This document shows positions 58,756 through 64,000 of a stretch of DNA of 64,000 nt, in pieces (position 1 is the first letter of the stretch; each line of letters begins with the position of its first letter). Position numbers and translations under genes: made by a program. The stretch lies in contig MFWV01000003.1 in NCBI GenBank assembly GCA_001787405.1, positions 790 through 64,789 on the forward strand, given 5' to 3'. The notes beneath the pieces are model-generated. The model had not been told where the DNA came from and searched no databases. It saw only the letters and a list, made by a program, of their open reading frames with translations. Origin of the DNA: Candidatus Pacebacteria bacterium RIFOXYA1_FULL_38_18. Lineage in GTDB: Bacteria > Patescibacteriota > Microgenomatia > UBA1400 > PJMF01.

Positions 58756-59799
58756 ATGGCTCGTAAAGCCTCCTCGTTAACTAAGCTTAAAACAGAAACT
58801 AAATCTTCAGAGAGTGGCAAATCTGAGGCAGTCAATATTGCTATGCAGCAGATTGAACGCAATTTTGGTAAGGGTTCAATCATGAAATTGGGTGAATCAC
58901 TCAAGAATATGCCCAAAGTACCAGTGGTTTCCACTGGTTCATTGTCGCTCAACTTGGCTTTGGGAATTGGTGGTTATCCCAGAGGCAGAATCATTGAGAT
59001 TTATGGTCCAGAAGCGTCTGGTAAAACTACGCTTTGTTTGCATGCCATTGCCGAAGTGCAAAAACATGGTGGTACAGCAGCTTTTATTGATGTAGAACAT
59101 GCTTTAGATCCAGTTAGAGCAGAAAAAATCGGTGTCAATTTGGAAGAGTTATTGATCTCTCAACCTGATTACGGCGAACAAGCCTTGGAAATTGCTGAAA
59201 CATTGGTCCGTTCTGGAGGAGTGGATATTGTGGTAGTTGATTCAGTAGCAGCACTAGTACCCAAATCAGAGATTGAAGGCGAAATGGGCGATCACCAGAT
59301 GGGTACACAAGCTAGACTAATGTCTCAAGCCATGCGTAAATTGACGGCTGCGATCAGTAAAGCCAATACACTGATGATTTTTACCAACCAAATCAGAATG
59401 AAGATAGGCGTGATGTTTGGTTCTCCAGAAACAACTAGTGGAGGCAACGCCCTCAAGTTCTATGCTTCTCAGCGTTTGGATATTCGTAAAATCGGCAATA
59501 TTCAGGAGGGAGAAGAGATCGTGGGCTCCAGGCATCGAGTAAAGGTAAAGAAAAACAAAATTGCTCCACCTTTTAAAGTGGCTGAGTTTGATATGGATGA
59601 CAATGGTATTTCCAGAGAGGGAGATGTGGTTGATATGGGGGCTGATAAGGGCGTCTTGGAAAAATCTGGCAGTTTTTATAAATACAAAGGCGAGGTTCTA
59701 GCTCAAGGCAGAGAAGCAGCGAAAGTTAAGCTTGCAGAAGAACCAGCCTTACGAAAAGAAATCGAAAAGAAAATTTGGGAAGTTATTCAGGCAAAATAA
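58756..59799 (+). CDS. recA: Recombinase RecA
   Basis: Walker [10 protein letters not shown] and L1/L2 loop blocks. Start set at the ATG at 58756 with an upstream aggaa RBS; the longer track ORF would overlap tRNA-Pro. Confidence 0.95.
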   Translation: MARKASSLTKLKTETKSSESGKSEAVNIAMQQIERNFGKGSIMKLGESLKNMPKVPVVSTGSLSLNLALGIGGYPRGRIIEIYGPEASGKTTLCLHAIAEVQKHGGTAAFIDVEHALDPVRAEKIGVNLEELLISQPDYGEQALEIAETLVRSGGVDIVVVDSVAALVPKSEIEGEMGDHQMGTQARLMSQAMRKLTAAISKANTLMIFTNQIRMKIGVMFGSPETTSGGNALKFYASQRLDIRKIGNIQEGEEIVGSRHRVKVKKNKIAPPFKVAEFDMDDNGISREGDVVDMGADKGVLEKSGSFYKYKGEVLAQGREAAKVKLAEEPALRKEIEKKIWEVIQAK

Positions 59800-59889
59800 A
59801 AGCAGTAAGCTGAGTTTTTTTGCTCGAGCTACTTTAAAAAAAGTACTGATAGATCAGTTTTTTTATTGATTGAATGAGGCTATTTTTCA

Positions 59890-59918
59890 TTGACGAAGCT
59901 CAACTTCGGACGTATAAT
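59890..59918 (+). promoter_or_regulatory. Consensus sigma-70-type promoter (TTGACG-17 nt-TATAAT)
   Basis: -35 TTGACG at 59890-59895 and -10 TATAAT at 59913-59918, with exactly 17-nt spacing. About 260 nt upstream of rny. Confidence 0.7.
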
Positions 59919-60180
59919 ACCCTTTAAGCTTACAAAAAAAGTGAGCAGAACATTTATTTAAAAAAGATTATTCGTTACAGTAATGAGAAATTATTTATTA
60001 TTTAGCATTAAACATCAACTACTTGTGACTACCCGCCACTCGGCGGAATGTTCTGATTGAACCCTCGGGTTTTTCCTCATTTTCTTTGTCAGCGAACTTG
60101 TGTGTTTGAGTTTTTTATTGGTAAAAACCAGAAACTTGAATTAACAATCGTAAAAAATTATTGGTAAAAAGAAAGAAGAT

Positions 60181-61815
60181 ATGACATTTTTTAACAACCT
60201 TTCCAAGGTTTTTGGCGAGCAAACTAAAGTTGCTGGCAAGAAACCTTTTCATAAAGCAAACAAACCAGGCCTAGCACGGGGTGCTGAGGCTATCGGTCGT
60301 GGTGGCTCTCTCCCTCCCAAACATTTGGCTAAACAAGCAGAAAAACCGGCTCATTTACTTCATAAACTCAAACCAGAAAAACCCAGCAAAGAAAACTTGC
60401 ACCAAATGCAGTCGATGGTGAATGAAGCTCAGGCAAAAGCTAGAGAAATTATTATTGGGGCAAAAGATGAGGCCTTGGCCATTCATACCGATGCAGAAAA
60501 AAAAGCGCGCAAATTGGAGAAACAACTAGAAGATCAACAGCGTTTTTTGGAAGATAAACTCAATAGACTTGATGAACGATTAAATGGCTTGGAAACCAAA
60601 GAGCAATCTCTTAGGGAAGAGCGAGAGCGTTTGGATAAATTACGCCAAGAACTGGAAAAAGCCAAACAGGCCGTGGCAGAGAAACTGCAAAAAGCAGCCA
60701 AAATGACTGCTGATGAGGCTAAAAAACTCTTGATGGATAATTTGGAAAAGAAAATGAGCGAAGAGATGTCTCAGTACATCAGACAGCGTGAGGAAGAAGC
60801 CAAACAAGAGGCTGATGAAAAAGCTGCTGAGATCATTATTGAGGCCATGAAATATGGGGCTACTGATCATGTGGCAGAATACACTGTTTCCATTGTAGAT
60901 TTGCCGTCAGAAGAAACTAAAGGCAAGATTATTGGTCGATCTGGAAGAAATATTCATGCTTTTGAGCGGGCAACCGGTGTTGATGTAGATTTGGATGCTT
61001 CACCTACTGAAGTAAAACTTTCTAGTTTTGATCCAATCAGACGGGAAATTGCCAGAGTCAGTTTGGAACGCTTAATCAAAGATGGTCGGATTCAACCGGC
61101 TAGAATTGAAGAGATCGTAGCCAAAGTAACTACTGAAATTAATAAAATTATTTTTGAAGCTGGTAAAAACCTCTGTCACACAGTGGGTGTTTACAACTTG
61201 CCTTCAGAACTGATTGCTCTGTTGGGCCGTTTCAAGTATCGCTTTTCTTATGGTCAAAACATGATCACTCACACGATTGAAGAAACCAAGATCGGGACAA
61301 AGCTAGCTCATGAACTAAATCTGGATGTGAACACAGTCAAACTGGGTTGTTTACTTCACGACATCGGCAAAGTAGCCGAAGATCCTGATGATAATCACGT
61401 GGCTTTGGGTGTGAGAATCGCCAAAAAATTTAATATGCCCCAGCCGGTCATAGATTGTATTGCTCAGCATCATGAAGATGAATCTTTTTCTGGTCCAGAG
61501 CAAATGGCGGTTTATGTGGCAGATGCTATTTCTGGAGCTAGACCAGGAGCTCGTTACGAAAATCATGAAGAATATATCAAACGCTTGGAGGATTTAGAGA
61601 AAATTGCTACTGATTATCCAGAAGTAAAGCAGGCCTATGCTGTTCAAGCTGGTCGTGAATTGCGAGTGTTGCTGGAGCCAGAAGCTTCCAAAGATGATGA
61701 TGTGTCAGTATTGGCAATCAAGATTCGTGATGAAATTCAAGAAAAAGTGATGGTGCCTGGTAGTGTACGAGTGACTGTTATTCGCGAAAATCGAGCTGAA
61801 GAAAAAACTAAATAA
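60181..61815 (+). CDS. rny: Ribonuclease Y
   Basis: KH domain (IVDLPSEETKGKIIGRSGRNIHAFE) and HD domain (LGCLLHDIGK); 544 aa. The N-terminus appears to lack the usual TM anchor. Confidence 0.9.
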   Translation: MTFFNNLSKVFGEQTKVAGKKPFHKANKPGLARGAEAIGRGGSLPPKHLAKQAEKPAHLLHKLKPEKPSKENLHQMQSMVNEAQAKAREIIIGAKDEALAIHTDAEKKARKLEKQLEDQQRFLEDKLNRLDERLNGLETKEQSLREERERLDKLRQELEKAKQAVAEKLQKAAKMTADEAKKLLMDNLEKKMSEEMSQYIRQREEEAKQEADEKAAEIIIEAMKYGATDHVAEYTVSIVDLPSEETKGKIIGRSGRNIHAFERATGVDVDLDASPTEVKLSSFDPIRREIARVSLERLIKDGRIQPARIEEIVAKVTTEINKIIFEAGKNLCHTVGVYNLPSELIALLGRFKYRFSYGQNMITHTIEETKIGTKLAHELNLDVNTVKLGCLLHDIGKVAEDPDDNHVALGVRIAKKFNMPQPVIDCIAQHHEDESFSGPEQMAVYVADAISGARPGARYENHEEYIKRLEDLEKIATDYPEVKQAYAVQAGRELRVLLEPEASKDDDVSVLAIKIRDEIQEKVMVPGSVRVTVIRENRAEEKTK

Positions 61816-61918
61816 ATCGGCTGGAAAAGCGGGTTAATGAAATTGGAGTAAGATAAATTGGAGTAAGATAAATGACACTCGATCAAACTGAGGGTAATAG
61901 CTTACAATAGAAAAACTT

Positions 61919-62131
61919 ATGCAAAATACTTTTTTGAGTTTACAAATTTTTTTATCCGTCATTATTACGGTCTTTGTTTTACTGCAATCCCAAGGTTCGG
62001 GCCTGGGTGCTACTTGGGGTGGTGGCGGGGAGACTTATCACACTCGCCGGGGAGTGGAAAAAGTTATTTTTACATTGACTATTGTAGCGATTATTCTCTT
62101 TGCACTGGTGTCAATCGCAGTGATTGCGTAG
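61919..62131 (+). CDS. secG: Preprotein translocase subunit SecG
   Basis: 70 aa with two TM helices and the LLQSQGSGLGATWGGGG motif. Confidence 0.8.
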   Translation: MQNTFLSLQIFLSVIITVFVLLQSQGSGLGATWGGGGETYHTRRGVEKVIFTLTIVAIILFALVSIAVIA

Positions 62132-62140
62132 AATAGCCTC

Positions 62141-63544
62141 ATGAGAAGGTTTTATTGGTATTTAACTGCCTATGCTCGCAAACATGGTTGGGTTTTTTTG
62201 GCCTCACTACTGGGAGCAATCATTATTTTCTCTCTGATAATTCCCCTGATAGCCAGTAAAGTAACGATTAAATCAAAAGAATATATTGGTATTTTGGGCT
62301 CTTATACACTGACAACATTACCCAGCGAAATTAAAAAACAACTGAGTTTGGGTTTGACTGAAGTAGCGGAAAACAAGGAAGTCTCACCCCTGCTGGCTCA
62401 ACGTTGGGTGGTAGAGGATGATGGTAAACGCTACCGCTTTGTTTTACGTCAAGATTTGGAGTGGCAGGATGGCAAAAGCCTCCGGCCAGAGGATGTTCAG
62501 TATCAGTTTGTTGATGTAGAAACAATCAGCACGCCCAACGACGTAGTGTTTGAATTGCCGGAGGCTTTTGCCCCCTTTCCCAGTGTAGTTTCGGAGCCTC
62601 TTTTCCGCCAGATCTCCCAGCGTTATTTTTGGTTTTTTTCCAGACCAATGCTGATCGGTATTGGGCCAAACAAAGTAACCAACTATACCCGTCAAGGCAA
62701 CAGATTGACTGAACTGGTGGTAGAAACACCCAAAAAAAACTTTGTCTATCGCTTTTATTTGACCGAAGCTGACATGATCTATGCCTTTAAACGAGGAGAA
62801 GTAGATGTTTTGCCTGATCTGTCAAACCCGGAAGATTTAGTCAGTTGGCCGAATGTAGAGATCATTCCTCATCTCAATACCCAGCGCTATCTAGCGGTTT
62901 TCTTTAACATGGCTGATCCATTGATGAGCGAAAACGTCCGCCAAGCGCTATCTTATGCTTTGGATAATCCACCCAATGAAACTCAAGCTTTGGGTCCGAT
63001 AGACCCCCATTCTTGGGCTTATTTGGAAAGTGCCAAACCTTATGACAAAGATTTAGATCGAGCAGTTGAGCAGTTGCTGAGCAATATTCCTGCCCAACCC
63101 ATGGAATTAACTTTGACTACAACCGAAATCTTTACCGATAAGGCAGAAGCAATCAAGGCTGACTGGGAAGAACTAGGAGAACGAGCAGAGGCAGAGTGTC
63201 AAACCTCCAAAGCCATTACGGATAAAGAGCAATGTGCCTTGGTCAAGATCAAGGTTTCTCTTAAAGTCAGTAATTTTCCAGATACCAGCAATTTCCAGCT
63301 CTTACTCATTGGTCAAGAATCATCCGTGGATCCAGATCAATACTTTTTATGGCACTCAGAACAACCGACCAACTTTACTCATTATAAAAACACCAGAATT
63401 GATGCTCTACTAGAGCGGGGGAGAAAAACTTTGGATCAGCAAGAACGCACGGTGATTTATCAAGAATTTCAACAATTTCTACTAGAGGATCCGCCGGCAA
63501 TTTTCCTGGAGCATCTTTACAGCTTTGAGGTGCGCCGTAAGTAA
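62141..63544 (+). CDS. Solute-binding protein family 5-like (peptide/nickel ABC-type SBP fold), membrane-anchored
   Basis: N-terminal TM. LAQRWVVEDDGKRYRFVLRQDLEWQDGKSLRPEDVQYQF matches the SBP_bac_5 N-lobe signature. Confidence 0.6.
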   Translation: MRRFYWYLTAYARKHGWVFLASLLGAIIIFSLIIPLIASKVTIKSKEYIGILGSYTLTTLPSEIKKQLSLGLTEVAENKEVSPLLAQRWVVEDDGKRYRFVLRQDLEWQDGKSLRPEDVQYQFVDVETISTPNDVVFELPEAFAPFPSVVSEPLFRQISQRYFWFFSRPMLIGIGPNKVTNYTRQGNRLTELVVETPKKNFVYRFYLTEADMIYAFKRGEVDVLPDLSNPEDLVSWPNVEIIPHLNTQRYLAVFFNMADPLMSENVRQALSYALDNPPNETQALGPIDPHSWAYLESAKPYDKDLDRAVEQLLSNIPAQPMELTLTTTEIFTDKAEAIKADWEELGERAEAECQTSKAITDKEQCALVKIKVSLKVSNFPDTSNFQLLLIGQESSVDPDQYFLWHSEQPTNFTHYKNTRIDALLERGRKTLDQQERTVIYQEFQQFLLEDPPAIFLEHLYSFEVRRK

Positions 63545-63598
63545 TCTAAAGATCATCTAAAGGTGATCTTGGAGTTTGAAGGCAATCTAGCCTGGATT

Positions 63599-63952
63599 TT
63601 AGGACTGAGGAATACCCAGATGATTTTCTACCACTTCTAGTCTATTTTCATGATTTTCCAACTGTCCGCGATAGCCAGTGAGAATAGCCATGTCTTCACG
63701 CAAACCGATAATTTCATGAAGAATATCGTCTTTAAATTGCAGGATATCGTTTTTAATATCGTTTTTAAATTCATACATTTCACTTCTAAACTCATACATT
63801 TCACTTCTAAACTCATACATTTCATTTTTAAATTCATACATTTCATTTTTAAAAGGTAAAACCTCGGTAGAGATTTCTTTTTTAACTTCTTTTCTGACTT
63901 CTTCTCTAACAATTTTTCTGATGAGCTGGAGATCTAGTTTAGTAAGTGCCAT
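63599..63952 (-). CDS. Hypothetical coiled-coil protein with tandem heptad repeats (NEMYEFK/SEMYEFR)
   Basis: 117-aa ORF. Its middle is encoded by four or more 21-bp tandem DNA repeats (63765-63850). Confidence 0.5.
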   Translation of the reverse strand: MALTKLDLQLIRKIVREEVRKEVKKEISTEVLPFKNEMYEFKNEMYEFRSEMYEFRSEMYEFKNDIKNDILQFKDDILHEIIGLREDMAILTGYRGQLENHENRLEVVENHLGIPQS

Positions 63953-64000
63953 AATTTTGATCCTAAATTATTTATTACTGAGTGGCAAGTGTATCTTGCC

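Noticed and set aside
58491-58952. 153-aa '-' ORF overlapping the recA 5' end
   Set aside because: It covers tRNA-Pro and is antisense to the recA start, so it is not a gene. The recA start was moved to the internal ATG at 58756, which has an RBS.

Overview
The window has about 40% GC and looks like a small-genome bacterium, probably Patescibacteria/CPR; that placement is an inference from gene content, not from any search. The first ~28 kb is an unbroken, co-oriented ribosomal superoperon (rpoB (5'-truncated), rpoC, rpsL, rpsG, fusA, tuf, rpsJ, rplC through secY, adk, infA, rpmJ, rpsM, rpsK, rpsD, rpoA, rplQ, rplM, rpsI). It lacks rpmD (L30) and map, which is typical of CPR. Several ribosomal proteins carry lysine-rich or repetitive tails. 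The remaining ~36 kb is a mosaic of housekeeping genes (hup, surE, upp, a Nudix hydrolase, prfB, ftsEX, recA, rny, secG), cell-envelope and cell-wall genes (GT2, GT4, a GT39/PMT-like glycosyltransferase, FemAB, a DegT-like aminotransferase, a membrane-anchored MurF-like ligase, a lamin-tail-domain secreted protein, VanZ, a cupredoxin and DsbA), an ECF sigma factor with a putative anti-sigma partner, and a Crp regulator. It also holds three tRNA-Ser genes, one tRNA-Pro and two tRNA-Ser 3'-end remnants. No CRISPR array, integrase, transposase or recognisable defence nuclease was seen. I could not point to one clear 'new system'. The candidates worth a second look are: (1) tRNA-Ser 3'-end direct repeats flanking a low-GC glycosyltransferase islet; (2) ftsE, ftsX and a downstream coiled-coil/C39-like cysteine-peptidase gene, a possible PcsB/RipC-type divisome hydrolase; (3) a DUF4258/DUF2283-like putative toxin-antitoxin pair beside a phage-like small gene; (4) a consensus promoter followed by a structured leader or small RNA upstream of rny; (5) an orphan AT-rich gene next to tRNA-Ser(GGA); and (6) two convergent unknown genes bracketed by tRNAs.
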